Assembly: GCA_951406725.2 (NCBI GenBank)
Contig: OX597826.1
Location: 41,044,001-41,108,000 of the forward strand
Origin: Octopus vulgaris
Taxonomy: Eukaryota
Length of the DNA stretch: 64,000 nucleotides
Direction of reading: 5' to 3'
Of the stretch, positions 13,053 to 27,451 are shown in pieces. The position numbers were made by a program, and so were the translations under genes. Under the pieces are notes generated by a model. The model was not told the DNA's origin and ran no database searches. It saw only the letters and a list, made by a program, of their open reading frames with translations. Within the stretch, counting starts at the first letter, position 1, and each line of letters begins with the position of its first letter.

Positions 13053-13852
13053 GTTTAGAATATGGAATTTACATATCTAAAGATAATTGTAGAGCTGCTA
13101 CAATAGAGTTGTTTTACACTCTATTCTAACAAATCTATTGTAACAGCTTTACAATAAGCTATATAAATCACATGTGCTAAACCAATACCAACTTCTTTGC
13201 TTGTTCATTCTATCTTTCTACTGTACATATGTATGTGTGTGTGGTTTTATTGACATACAACCAATGTTTAGAACTCCACGTGTTCAGTTATATTAATTCA
13301 AAAAATTTGAGGAGTAAATGAGTTTCTTTCTGCAGTTCCATTCCAATATTTCAAACACAAGTACAAACATAAAATAGCTGTGGAGATCAAATTTTTACCT
13401 TTATTCATAAAGTGATATATATGAGATACAGGTGTTTATGATTTAACTTTCATAAACGTATAGTGAAACATGGGTTGTATATATTTATATTTCTAGAGGT
13501 AACACACACTCACTCACAGTGGATTTTATATATATAGATTAAATATATTTTCCCCTCTTCTTTCTCTAAAGTAACAGTGTAATTACTTCTAAATGTAACC
13601 TCTTATGTCATAACTAAAGTGTATTTGTTCGGGCTCACTAGTGTTATTTCCTGTTGCCTTCTCTATGTAGACCTGAGAAATAAGGTGTTAAATGTGAGAG
13701 TAAATAGATGTGGTAACATTTATGTATCTCCTGCAGACATAAAAAAACATGTGCATATCAATGTATCAGACATTGAATAAAATTTACAACTTGTCAATAT
13801 AAATTAAGTTCCTGTTTGTCTCACAGTCTTTTTTTTCATTCCAAATTCATAG

Positions 13853-14049
13853 ACTTCGGTTGCCTGAATGGGTGAAGACAGAAATTCCAATTGGCAAGAG
13901 CTACAGTGAAATAAAGGCAAGTTTACGGAACAATAAATTACACACTGTATGTGAAGAGGCCAAGTGTCCAAACATTGGAGAATGTTGGAGTGGAGAGAAA
14001 GGTACAGCCACTGCTACTATTATGATCCTTGGCGAATTGTGCACACGAG
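13853..14049 (+). CDS. LIAS: Lipoyl synthase - coding exon 2
   Basis: Acceptor cattccaaattcatAG; [13 protein letters not shown]...[17 protein letters not shown] (CX4CX5C auxiliary-cluster motif)...[15 protein letters not shown]; donor G|GTTGGT, phase 1. Confidence 0.95.
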
Positions 14050-16399
14050 GTTGGTTTCTTCTTTCTTATATAATATTTATTTATTTGATTGAAGTGTTAG
14101 ACCATTGGAGAAAATGCTTGGTAGTATTAGTTCCAAATTTTTACGCCCTAAGTTCATCTTTTCAGGGTCAATAAAATATAGTGCTTGTTAATAACTGGTA
14201 TAATCTAACCCCTTCTCCTCAAAATTGCTGGACTTGTGTTATTAAGGCAGCAGCAAGCTCGTAGAATCATTAGCACTTCAGGCAAAATGCTTAGCAGCAT
14301 TTGGTCTGTCTACATTCTGAGATCGACTTCACCTTTTATCCTTTCGGGGTTGATAAAATTAAGTACCATTTGAGCACTGGGGTCAATGTAATCAACTTAC
14401 CCCTCCTCTGAAATCGCTGGCCTTGTGCCAAAATTTGAAACTATTATTATTATTATTACCATTCGAGTGTGATCGTTACCAACGTCGCCTTACTGGCACC
14501 TGTGCTGGTGGCATGTGTAAAAGGATTCAAGCGAGGTCATTGTCAAACCACCTGACTGGCCGCTGGCCTTGTGCCAAAATTCAGAGTGGTTGGCATTAGG
14601 AAGGGCGTCCAGCTGTAGAAACTCTGCCAAATCAAGATTGGAGCCTGGTACAGCCCTCAGTCAAAATTGTCCAACCCATTCTAGCATGGAAAGCGGACGT
14701 TAAACGATGATGATGATGATGATTAATGTGGCAAGCTGACAGAATCATTGGCATGAATCAATAAATAAATAGTTTTTAGCTTTTAAAGTTTGTAATTTTG
14801 GGGTAATTTTAGCCAACTGTAAGACACATTCATGTCTGTTTCCATAGTAACAAGCCAAACATGAGAACTCTTTTGTCTGTGAGATAGCACATGTTGACAT
14901 ATATATTCTACTCGAAAGCATGTGTGTTGATGCTGTGTTCTGTTGCCTGTACTCTGGTCGAGAGAAGTGCTAAAAATAACACCCAAATAGGCCTTAATTC
15001 ACGCACCCCCACCCCAGTTTTTTTTTTTTTTTTTGCATAATTGTATGAATTCCCGAGTGTAGAATTACCAAATTCGCAAAATTTTTATGAAAATTCCAAA
15101 AAATAAAGAAGTTATGAGGGGTTGTATGTCATGCATAAAGCAGAAGTTGATTTATTTACAGTTTCATATTAAAACATGTCACGCACAAAATGACAGCGTC
15201 CAAATCCTGTTTTCTGACTGGGTGAAAATTTTCAAAATTTAAACCTCTATTTTTCTTGAAAAAAATTAAATATCTCCTGAGATTCAACTTGGAAAAGTAC
15301 ACTAATGAACCAAATTTTAAAATTTACAATAAACTGGAGTTTCTTTGTAATTCTAAAGTAGAGTACATTTGGTTCTAAGCCTTTGTTTTGGGGGGATTTT
15401 TTCCCTCTTTCCATAGAGTATAGGTACATTCTAGGAGGGCTGCCTGATAGCAGTTCTTTGATTTCCATTTCATATCAAGTTTTCGCAACTCTTAACACTC
15501 CAATAACAACTGGGAGTATTCTTACATCTATATTATAAATACTCACCATTTTAGTCTTCAGGCGTTAATGTTTGGACATTATTCCACTACATTTACCAAG
15601 CAAACCATATCAATTTGTAAACAAAATCTAGATCCATCAACTTTAATAATAAAACTGTCATTTCACTTTTATTTCATTGTCTGAACATTTTGCATGTTCC
15701 AATCACACCATATCTATTTATCATTCTGGGTTTGATAGTGTTTTTGTTGATTTAACCAACTATAACCACCACCACCACCATCACTACCATCCCACCCTAA
15801 AATAATTTTTAGCTTTGTACAATTATTCAAAAATCTGTTTCACAGCTGTTTGCCAAAATCAGTAGATCACTCGAATAAATGACTTACAGTATTAAGTTAT
15901 GTCCCCTTATGTTTGCAGTTCAAATCTCCTCAGGACCCTATGTCAACTTGTCTCTTGTTAGACCTCACATCTGGTCTGTCTCTACAGTATATTTGTTTCT
16001 CACTGACTCACATGTTGATAACTTTAAGAACCACATCTTAATTCTTTTTACCTTTCCTCACGTCTTCATTATTTTACACCCCTTATTCTTTTTTTTTATT
16101 TTGTTGCTGGCAGGGATTGAAGGGGTCTGCTCTAACACATCTTGCGTTTTAGTGAGGTCCTTTCTCGTCTGATAAACTCAACAACAGTGAAAACAAGCAG
16201 CCTTTATAGTTGCCTCATATACTTTTGGTTTCGATACCCTTCCTGCCACTAACCATTTCACAGTGTGGACTGTGTACATCTATTCATTCCACCAGTTGTT
16301 ATCTGCAACAAGGCTAAAGAATCACCTTTACCTTGCACCAGTTTTTATTCTCTTTAACCATTTTAAATTTCATTCTAATTCAATATTTTTATTTTGCAG

Positions 16400-17091
16400 G
16401 ATGCCGTTTCTGCTCTGTGAAAACTTCACGAGCTCCTCCTCCACCGGACCCAGATGAACCAGTGAATACAGCCAAGATCATCGCATCTTGGCTAGTAGAT
16501 TATATCGTGATAACTTCAGTAGATCGTGATGACATCGCAGATGGTGGAGCTGCCCATTTTGCTGAAACAGTAAGGCAGGTGAAAGCCCACAAGCCAACGA
16601 TTCTTGTGGAATGTCTTACCTCTGACTTTCGTGGCGACTTAGAATCTGTTGAGAAAGTTGCTAACTCAGGACTAAATGTTTATGCTCACAATGTAGAAAC
16701 AGTTAAAGACTTCCAGTGGCTTGTGAGAGATCCTCGTGCTAACTATGACCAATCAATGAAGGTTCTAGAACATGCCAAAAAAACTAAGCCAAAGTTAATC
16801 ACAAAAACATCTCTTATGTTAGGATTTGGAGAATCTGATGACCAAATCTTAAAAACAATGGAGGACTTGAGGAAAATAAATGTGGATTGTTTGACTTTGG
16901 GTCAGTATATGCAACCAACAAAACGACACATTAAAGTGAAAGAATATGTTCACCCAGATAAATTTCAATATTGGAAAGAAGTCGGTGACAAATTAGGATT
17001 TGCTTACACTGCTAGTGGCCCATTAGTAAGATCTTCTTATAAAGCAGGAGAATTCTATCTGAAAAATTTGGTGAAAAAGGCAGCCTCTTAG
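16400..17091 (+). CDS. LIAS: Lipoyl synthase - coding exon 3 (radical SAM barrel and C-terminus)
   Basis: Acceptor ttttgcAG; completes CTRG|CRFC (CX3CX2C); contains [40 protein letters not shown]; TAG at 17089-17091. Exon lengths 194+197+692 = 1083 nt = 360 aa plus stop. Confidence 0.97.
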
Positions 17092-17156
17092 TTGAGAAGA
17101 GGTCAGAAATTTCCTTCACTATAATTCCTGTAAATATAGGTATCATATTTATTGTT

Positions 17157-17162
17157 AATAAA
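17157..17162 (+). terminator. Probable LIAS polyadenylation signal
   Basis: AATAAA 65 nt after the stop, followed by a GT/T-rich tract (ggtttgtgtccatttt). Confidence 0.65.
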
Positions 17163-17564
17163 ATCTGTTAATTCTACCTGGTTTGTGTCCATTTTCTGTA
17201 TTTCATAATTGTTAATTTGATGGAATTTTACAGACTCTTAGCTTTATCTTTTATGGTGCATATTTAGTAGTTAGTGGCACTCCGTTACTTACGATAAGGG
17301 TTCCTGTTGATCCGATCAACAAAACAGCTTGCTCATGAAATTAACGTGTAGTGGCTGAGTACTGCACAAACACGTGTACCCTTAACATAGTTCTTGGGGA
17401 GATTCAGCATGAGACAGTAGGTGACAAGGCTGGCCCTTTGAAATACAGGTACTATTCATTTTTGCCAGCTGAATGGATTGGAGCAACATGAAATAAAGTG
17501 TCTTGCTCAAGGACACAACACACTGCTAGGAATCTAACTCGTGAGCTAAATACCCTCCAGTATC

Positions 17565-17960
17565 TCTTTACTCTTTTACTTGTTTCAGTCATTTGACTGC
17601 GGCCATGCTGGAGCACCGCCTTTAATCGAGCAACTCGACCCCGGGACTTATTCTTTTGTAAGTCCAGTACTTATTCTATCGGTCTCTTTTGCCGAACTGC
17701 TAAGTGACAGGGACGTAAACACACCAGCATCGGTTGTCAAGCAATGCTAGGGGGACAAACACAGACACACAAACACACACATGCATATATATATACATAT
17801 ATACGACAGGCTTCTTTCAGTTTCCGTCTACCAAATCCACTCACAAGGCATTGGTTGGCCCGAGGCTATAGCAGAAGACACTTGCCCAAGATGCCACGCA
17901 GTGGGACTGAACCCGGAACCATGTGGTTGGTCAGCAAGCTACTTACCACACAGCCACGTA
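17565..17960 (-). mobile_element. Young tRNA-derived SINE
   Basis: Minus-strand head GTGGCTGTGTGGTAAG (A box)...GGTTCAGTCCC (B box), CpGs retained, AAAAGAGT-type tail; related fragments at 32560-32710, 46170-46310 and 46965-47260. Confidence 0.8.
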
Positions 17961-18417
17961 TACCTATACTATAGAGTGTCTATAGTATGTACAGCTATAC
18001 CACTGTATATATATATAGTTACACTATCTTTAAAGTGTATATTTACAAAGTGTATCACTACACCATAATTTAGAGGGCATATTTACATTATGTATAACTT
18101 CATTACATTAAAAGTGTATAGTTATTGTATGTGTAGCTGCATTACATTTCAAATATTTCGTTTCTGATTGTCACCAGGTCTTATTTCAGGAGATATACAA
18201 AATACTTGACTGGACTAAAACTAGAAAACTTTTATTTCTAAACTAAATGTAATACAATAATTTTATAGTTTCATCCACTAACATTACTATCAACCTTACT
18301 TTAAATGTAAAGATTCCTAGTTCAGATTTAATCTGGATTATCCAAGAAGTCATCTAACAAGAATGACTGAAATTAAACTGACTAAAATGTTGTGTGTGTA
18401 TATGCATGTATAATATA

Positions 18418-20113
18418 TCTATATATAAAACTGAGAATGTGTGTCTATGTGTGAATCCCTAACACTCAAGAAGTACCCCAACTGATTTCATTCAAATTTT
18501 ACATATGCATAACTTAGGGTCCATGGAGTGTCATGGGTGAAAAAAATTTTCAACTTCTTGCCTAATGCAGGCCTGGAGAAATCTTTTAGACTGGTTCGGT
18601 ATTACGTGTCAAGAGATATTCTTTCACTTTTAATTCTAATGTGATAAGACTAAAATCGTCTTATTTCTATTATATTTGAAATAAATGAATAATTTATATC
18701 CTAATGTGAACAAAATTATGCATCGGCAACTTTCTGTCTTTACAGCCCACAACAGTGGAATAGTGTGTCAGTATATGTGTGTTGACTGACATAACAAACA
18801 GTTGGAGGTGAAACTCTTGACAAAAAACAATGAGGTGGCAGGTCCAAGGAATATAAAAATACACATTTGCCATTCAATTACCAGTTAATAATTATCGCAG
18901 TAGATGCAAAGTTGCAAGATATTTACAGTTACCCTTAAATTAGCATTTAATACATGTGCTTAATATGTATGTATATATATATATATATACATAGTAAGAA
19001 ATTTATCTATAATAATTATTATGGCATTTATCGTTAAATTATCAGTTCATACATGTGCTTCTATTTGGTTCATTTAAACTGCATACAAAAATAGACTTAC
19101 TACATACATACAACTGCTTACAAAAATAGAGATTAATGTATAATTTTTTCTATGTTCGTAATTTTTTATTTACAATATTGAAAAAAATATGCCACCAAAG
19201 AAAAGACACAATCGCTCCAGAAACATAAAGCAAGAAGGATTGTAGAAAACCAAAGGCAAGAGTCTCAAAAGAGAAGGGAGGTGAAACTTTTTCAAGACCA
19301 GCAAAGGCATGCTGCAGCACTTAATGCTGAATCATTAAAACAACATTTTAATGATTAGACAGAGGTCCAATAGAATAAGCTCTCAGAGACAGAACATGTA
19401 CAAATTTGTTCCTCACAACACCTGGAGCTGCTTTCAGGTATGATCCATCTCATTCTTATAAAAATAACTCTGTCCAAATTGGTGTGCTAAACTCAAATTG
19501 TCATTTCTGCAAAGCTTTAAAATATCCAAATGAAGCTAATGCTATGCACTGCTCAGGTGGTAAGGTAAGATTGTCAGCACTACCAGCTCCTCCTCAACCT
19601 CTTATGGATCATCCTGTCAAAGGATTTTCTGAACAATATCAGACAATACAATTCTGCATTTCAAATGACATCATTTGGTGCATCTAAGGAGATAGATGAA
19701 CATGGATTTATGTCGACGTTCAAAGTTCAAGGACAAGTCTCTCACTTCATTGGTTCCCTGTTACCCACAAATCAACAACCAAAGTTCCTTCAAATTGACT
19801 TTATGAGTGATGTATGACAACAGACCCAAAGGAGATGTCAAAACTTCAGACGATGGGTCGTGTTAGATGCAGTGCCAATCACCACAAAGGAGATTATATT
19901 CACTGACAGCTTTTCGGTGGGTTCAAAAATCACATACCCCACCACCCCCAATTCTCCATGACAGGTTATGGCCTGGAGTCCTCCAAACAGACGCATGACA
20001 TGTCACTTAGTCAAATTAGCCCACCATTTACTCCACAAATGATTTGTCATCAATGCTGCATTTTCCTGTATCACGCCATTTTAATCCCAAGCAACACCAG
20101 GTATCTCTGCTAG
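18418..20113 (+). mobile_element. Helitron, internally deleted, with RepHel N-terminal remnant
   Basis: A|TCTATATATAAAA start and CTAG|T end at 20110-20113 after a degenerate hairpin; coding remnants AFRYDP, CHFCKALKY..CSGGKV.L and FLNNIRQYNSAFQMTSFGA..FKVQGQV. Confidence 0.85.
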
Positions 20114-20151
<38 letters not shown>

Positions 20152-22682
20152 AACTCTAGAGATAAAGGTCATCATCATCGTTTAACGTCCGTTTTCCATG
20201 CTAGCATGGGTTGGATGATTCGACCGAGGTCTGGGAAGCCAGGAGGCTGCACCAGGCTCCAGTCTGATCTGGCAGTGTTTCTACAGCTGGATGCTCTTCC
20301 TAATGCCAACCACTCCATGAGTGTAGTGGGTGCTTTTTACGTGCCACGAGCACAGGTGAGGCTGGCAACGACCACGATCAGTTGGTGCTTTTTATGTGCC
20401 GATCGTGGCCAGAAAATTCTGACTTTACATATATTCTTAAAGATCTCAACATTTTGTTGTGGCTTCACTTTCTTCTAAAAGACTGAAACTAATGACGTGT
20501 TGAAATAAAGAGTTAGAATAACCTAATGGACCTGATATTATATTTGTAGAACTATCACCTCACAGTTTGCAATTTCAAATCACTAATGGGTGTGATATTA
20601 TCACTGGACATCTTTATTGTAAATGTGTTGAAGGAAGGTGTACTAAATGATGTACACAACAAAATTTGCAATTAATTGAAATTTCCTTTTAAGTTAGAGG
20701 AAGAAAACAAAAACTCAGTAACACCTAAACAAGAGATAATTTCAAGAAATCCAAGTTTAGTTTTACAAAACGAATTGACATGCTTCAGAGAAAATCTAGT
20801 TATGGTTTGTAGGTAAGGAGCCCAAAAATGGATGTTTTAGGCTATTGGACCTCAACAGAGAGTGTAGCCAACTGAAGCCTACTTTGATCAATTGACAGGA
20901 TTTTACATTGAGAAAAACAATTACAAAGATTTTGGCCAGTAAAATATAGCCTAGCAATCACTAGTAAGATTGGCCATGCCTTCACTAATTGTTTTAGGTG
21001 CTTATGTAGCTGCAAGCAGGCACAAACATTCTCGCAGCCCCCTTACCCATGACCCAATAGCATATCAGAATGTAACAGCTTGGAGAGAGGTGCTCTAGTA
21101 CTCATTTTCCGCCACATAGACTTGAACAATGAGTAATAATTTGTATAACAAGAAAAAACCTTTTTGTGAGCAGAAATATTTCTATTCTTTAAACCTTGTC
21201 AGAAAGAATATACCTACCTTATTGTCCACTTATGTAGCTTATAGTTGTTTATTGAGTATACAAACTAGGACGCAGATAAGCTGGTCTGTCTAATTTGCAT
21301 AACAGCTTATATTCTGACACCATTGATTAATTTAGAGTACATGATGCAGCATTTTTTGATAATTTGAAATATAAGGTATACCCTTCCATAATAAACACAT
21401 GATTTTAGCCTCATTGTGAAAATTATGCTAAGTAAATACAGCACAAGTCTATATTTCTCCATGTAAAAATGGGTTTCATGTGACTGGTTTCTAGTCTTGT
21501 TAGAGCATCGTTAAGGAAATAATACCATAGATGAGTCACTTATTACTACAAACTAGGACTTACTAAACTGTACAGTAAGGAATTGGTCATTTAGATATTA
21601 ATCAAAGTTTTATGGTTAATTTCAGTTTCTTAATTTGCTACATCAAGTAAGCTATCACCCACTTTACTAGTGTTTTTGCTTCTAAACACATGTCTTATCA
21701 CTAGTCTAACCTAATGAACCATACAACACTACTACAGCTTAGACCAGATGTGGTATCTATTTACAGCTATGTGCACTGAACCATTTATAAATTGACACAA
21801 CACAGTGCCAATAACAAGACACAAATCACTAAGCTCTCTCTCTTCATTACCTGCTCTCTTAGATAATCAACCATCATATAAACAACAAAAATTTAAATTG
21901 TCAATCTTTTTTTAAACCATGAAATTTATTTATACAAATGATAATTTAAATAATGATAACAAAACCTGCCAGAAGAACAAGATGTATAATAAATGAACTG
22001 ATGAACAATACAAAATTGTCAAAACTATAGTGATATCTGTTAGGTAGATGGAAATATATGTTTGATATGTTTGTTGGCTGTGAATCTTTTATATATTGGG
22101 AGGCTTGTTATTCTGAGCCGTGCTCCAATCTCTTACGGTTGAACTTGTTAAACAGTTTATGGTGGTTTTGTTGTTTGTATTATTACACACTGATATAGTA
22201 TGATTGTTTTCATTAGTAATCTTATATAATTTTGGGAGGCTCTGCAGCATATGTGTGTATGTGTCTATCTATATATATAATCTTAAAAATAATTACATTT
22301 AAAAATATATTCTATTTTAGTGTATATGTATCCACATATACACACACCTCTTTAATATTTTAATATATATTATATATTTATATTTTTATGTATGTATGTG
22401 TATAAATCATCATTCGACATACTTTTTTCCATAGAAGAAAAATTGTTCATGGACAACAGGTAAAATATACAGGACAGAATATATAAACAAGGTCAGCATA
22501 CTTTTTCATCACCTGTTGGCCCTCAGTCAATGGTTGATGAAAGATGTTTATATCCTATGGTTTACCTGTTGTTTGTGTTCAACTTTTCTTTTATTTAGTG
22601 GTAAGAACAGCCAAAAAAGTACACATATATATGAGTATGTATGTAAGTGTACATGTACATATGTATCTTATATACACATCAT

Positions 22683-23790
22683 TATCATCATCATTTAATG
22701 TCCGCTTTTCATGCTGGCATGGGTTGGATGATTTGACTGAGGACTGGCGAACCAGATGGCTGCACCAGGCTCCAATCTGATCTGGCAGAGTTTCTACAGC
22801 TGGATGCTCTTCCTAACGTCAACCACTCCGAGAGTGTAGTGGGTGCTTTTACGTGCCACCGGCACGAAGGCCAGTCAGGCAGTACTGGCAATGGCCACAC
22901 TCAAATGGTGATTTTTATGTGCCACCTGCACAGGAACCAGTCCAACAGCACTGGCAACGACCTTGCTCAAATATATCTTTTCATGTGCCAGTAAGGCGAC
23001 GCTGGTGAGGATCATGCTCAAATAGTGCTTTTTACATGCCACCGGCACTGAAGCCAGTCAGCTGCTCTGGCAATGATCACACTCGGATGGTGCTTTTAGT
23101 GCTCCACAGCATGGATGCTAGCCATCGAATTTGATTTCGATTTCACTTGCCTCAACAGTTCCTCACAAGCAGAGCTTAGTGTCCAATGAAGGAAAGGTAC
23201 GCATAAGCAGGCTGATTACACCCCTGGCATAGACCACGGGTTATGTTCTCACTTGGCTTACTGGGTCTTCTCAAGCACAGCATATTTCCAAAGGTCTCAG
23301 TCACTAGTCATTGCCTCAGTGAGGCCTAATGTTCGAAGGTCGTGCTTCACCACCTCATCCCAGGTCTTCCTGGGTCTACCTCTTCGACAGGTTCCCTCAA
23401 CTGCTAGGGTGTGGCACTATTTCACACAGCTATCCTCATCCATTCTTGCCACATGACCATACCAGCACAGTCATCTCTCTTGCACACCACATCTGATGCT
23501 TCTTAGGTCCAACTTTTCTCTCAAGGTACTTACACTCTGTCAAATATGCACATTGACATTACACATCCATCAGAGCATACTGGCTTCATTCCTTGCAAGC
23601 TTACGTATGTCCTCAGAAGTCACGGCCCATTTCACTGCCCTGTTGCATGGCTGTTCGTACACATGCATCATACAGACTACCTTTTACTCTGAGCGAGAGG
23701 CCCTATGTCACCAGCAGAGGTAAGAGCTCTCTGAACTTTGCCCAGGTTATTCTTATTCTAGCAGCTACACTTTCAGTGCCAATCCTCCCA
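22683..23790 (-). mobile_element. RTE-clade LINE, 3' fragment with (GAT)n tail
   Basis: Minus strand reads WYGHVARMDEDSC..VEGTCRRGRPRKTWDEVVKHDL, the typical RTE C-terminus, followed by the 3' tail shared with the short repeats. Confidence 0.85.
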
Positions 23791-24029
23791 CTACTGACTG
23801 AACCTTAGGAGGGGCATTATGCCAGTAATAATAAACACACACTGGTTCGTTTCTTTATTGATATTGTTCAGTATTGTTTGTGTTTTTTTTTCTTTGTCAA
23901 ATAATTATTTCATTACATTGTTGCAATCTCTTCAGTGACACATCTCTCTACTTCCATTTCTTTTGAACTTATGTTTCAGCATCAGAACACACACACACAT
24001 AGACATGCAACTGAATTATGCTAAGAGAG

Positions 24030-25620
24030 GGTATAAGATCTTTGACTAGAAAATTAATCATCTACTCTATATGGATGATCTAAAACTGTTTGTCAAAAAC
24101 GACAAAGAATTAGAAGAGCTCCTGAATATTGTCAAAGAATTCAGCTCTGATATAGGTATGGAATTCAGACTTGATAAATGTACAATGGCTATTTTCAAGG
24201 CAGGAAAGTTCATAAAGGCAGAAAACATAAAACTTGATACCACCACAGTTATTTAAAACCGAGACAAATCCGAAGTATACAAATGTCTGGGAACAAATGA
24301 AGGTGATGGTATCTAGCACTCTAAAATGGAAGGGAAAATCTGCAAGAAATGCTACAAAAGGGTAGGAATGTTCCTAAACTCAGCATTAAATGTTGCTAAC
24401 AAAATTAATGCGATCAATTCTTTGGCCATACCAGTAACCACATATAGCTTCGGTATCATTAAGTGGAGTCTCACTGACATGCAGAATATGGATGGAAAGA
24501 TCTGTAAAATCTTTACAAGTTACTGAATGCACCATCCAAAATCAGATGTAGACAAGATTTATCTCCCAAGAAAAATAGGTGGAAGAAGCCTGATACAGTT
24601 CAAACAATCCTTCAAACCAGCAATAATAGGCCTTGAAACGTACCTTATTACCAGTGATGTGCTCTTATGAACTGCATTACCAGTGATGTGCTCTTATGAA
24701 CTGCACTGAAGCATGAAGATTCCAAACAAGTTTCAGTCATGAAGCTAAGTCAGAAATTTAAAAAAGTCTTTTGGCCTACAAGTTAACAATAAGAATGACC
24801 AAAGACACCCTAATACAGACAGATGCAGAAGACTGGTGGCTTTGGATGAGGAGTAGTGACCTGAAGGTAGAGACAGAAGCACTTATATGTGCAGCACAAG
24901 AACAAGCATTAAGTACTAATTATGTGAAGTGCAGAATCAACAATGCTACCAAAATAGACAAATGCAGAATGTGTGGTGAGAGGGATGAAATAGTATGGCA
25001 CACTATTAGTGAATGCCTAAAGATGACATGACAATGTGGCAAGAATAATCCATTGGGAGCTCTAAGGAAATTATGGCATACAAACAGCTAAGATGTGGTA
25101 TGATCAAACCCCAGAAGAAGTCACCGAAAATGAAGATTGCAAAATCCTGTAGGATGCAATGATTCAGTGAAATCACCTGACCAGACATTGGAAACTAGAC
25201 ATTGTTGTGGTGAATAAAAAAGAAAGAACTTGCATGAAAATCAACATAGCGTGTCTTGGTGACAACAGGATCAAAGAGAAAGAAGAAAAACTGAACAACT
25301 ACAATGATTTGAAGAGGGAAATACAAAGGTTATGGTCAATGAGGAGAGTAGATGTGATACCAATAGTAATTGGTACACTTGGAAGTATCAGCACTCAACT
25401 ACCAGCATGGCTCAAAAAGATCGGTACAAATGTAAAGACAGAACACCTACAAAACCCAACATTGCTTGGAACAGCAAGGATTCTTCCCAGGGTTCTTGAA
25501 GCATGACCAGTAAACAAGTGTCATCTCAGTCTGCTGGCTGTGGACAGCTAACACTTTCCATCATACCCAGCAAAATAAGCTGAGAGTTTTCATTAAATAA
25601 TAATAATGATAATAACAATA
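24030..25620 (+). mobile_element. R4/Dong-clade non-LTR retrotransposon remnant (RT end, zinc knuckle, RLE)
   Basis: HLLYMDDLKLF, NKINAINSLAIPVTTYSFGII, LKVETEALICAAQEQAL, CRMCG and IPIVIGTLG; many stops; TAA-rich tail; internal 29-bp tandem duplication at 24647-24704. Confidence 0.88.
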
Positions 25621-27137
25621 TTAAGTAGAAATGTTGGTGATAGGCTGAGTCAATTAAATCAACTTCACTATGACAAATTCTGGATGGATGAAAGGTAAAG
25701 TGAATCTTTTGGGTATTTGAACTCAGAACATACAGTGACATAACTAAAAGTATTCCCTCTGTAATTCCACAACTTAAAAAAAAAATCTTAAAACACTATT
25801 AATTTCAACTTCATTCACTGTGTACTTATTAAACTAAGGGATCTTATGTAGCATTATAGAACAAGGATAAATACCTTAATTCTTTGTCAAAAAACCTTTG
25901 TACCGTCATATTTTGTGAGGTGGTTATTTTTATTTTTATTCTTCTTGGAGCCATCTTCTTGAAATCTACCAACCACTACCATTATTATTCTGTCTTACAG
26001 ACATTTGCAAACATAAATTTTAATATTTGTAGACATTTTTTCATTTGCCAGTGATAAATAAAAGCTGGTCAAGAATGTTATTTCTTTTGACAGCTTATCA
26101 ATACTTACTGATTCCAAACTTTGGCATAACTAAGGACAAAAATGAACTGTTCAAACTCAGCTGATCAATACTATAAAAATCGTTTCCAATATCTTAAATG
26201 AAGAAGATCTAAGCAAAGAAAGAGGAAAGACAATATTTGGACCCAAAATATTTAAAACTTATAAGAATACATTTTCAATAAATATCAATATAGTGTCACC
26301 AATATTTTGATCAACTCTTGTAGGAAATATTTCCTTTGAGTAAAATATTATTTACAAGTCTTTGGAATTTTTTCAGAGATATTCATCTTAAAATCTTTAT
26401 AGTAGTTTCATTAAAAAATATTTATCCAGACTCTTTACATCCTTTCTCTCTCCCCCTCTCTCTCTATATATATATATATAAACATGAATTAGAAGTAGCT
26501 TGAGGTATATAAACAAAGTTGAACACACACAAGGTATGTATGTCGTTAGTTTGTCAGGCAGTTGTATTTTGAACTAACATGCACACCTTGTGTATGCGTG
26601 TTTGGTGTTATATATATATACACACATTTACATGCATGTATATACATATATGCGCATGCTTGTATGCATGTATGATTATTTTGTAAAATCAACAAAAATA
26701 GTATGTGATCAAGCTATGAACAGTGGAAAATCCAATATTTTGGACAAAGTCTTTTTCAGGAAAAGGTTGACAAGAGTAAAATTTTAAAAATACAGAAGAA
26801 TTTGACATCCTCTAAGTTGCAAAAAGGAAAGAAAATGGTAAATTGCACTGAAGAAGAACTCTATCTGAACCATCAATTTTCACTCCCCGCAGCAAGTTTA
26901 CTGTACTCTATTGATATTACTGTATAATAACAAGTCTTGCCAACACAGACCAATCCTGTCTCCTTGGAGTCTGCTTAATTGTATAGCACATTTATATTGC
27001 ATTCCATAAGCAATGATTTGAGATCATTAAAAGACTTTTGCTCTTCCTTAAACTGTTTTATCTAAAGTATCACCTTGTGAATTCCAGGCTTGCTTTTCAA
27101 CTTATTTGTTCCAGTAAAAATATTTTTGAAAATCTTG

Positions 27138-27280
27138 TTAGACAGGTAAGTAGTGTTTCCTGTCTTCAAGTGAAATGTTTATCCATAAAGAGTTAGATAA
27201 ATCATTACTCATCCAGTTGTAATGGAACCAAATGTTCGTCGCAACAATGAGATATTCTGACAAAGCAAACATAGTGAAAA
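27138..27280 (-). CDS. PGAP2: PGAP2 distal alternative terminal coding exon (B)
   Basis: Strong acceptor ttttctatttttcAG at 27282-27281, phase 1; (V)FTMFALSEYLIVATNIWFHYNWMSNDLSNSLWINISLEDRKHYLPV*, matching the PGAP2 F.FA..EY..V..N..FH block. Confidence 0.8.
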
Positions 27281-27407
27281 CTGAAAAATAGAAAAGAAAA
27301 TAAAAGAAATAAACAATACAATTTAATTCATTTACCATCGTAATTATTATTAAAACATGAACATGTATAGGTGTCTATCTATCTGTCTAAAAACATACAC
27401 ACACACA

Positions 27408-27449
<42 letters not shown>

Positions 27450-27451
<2 letters not shown>

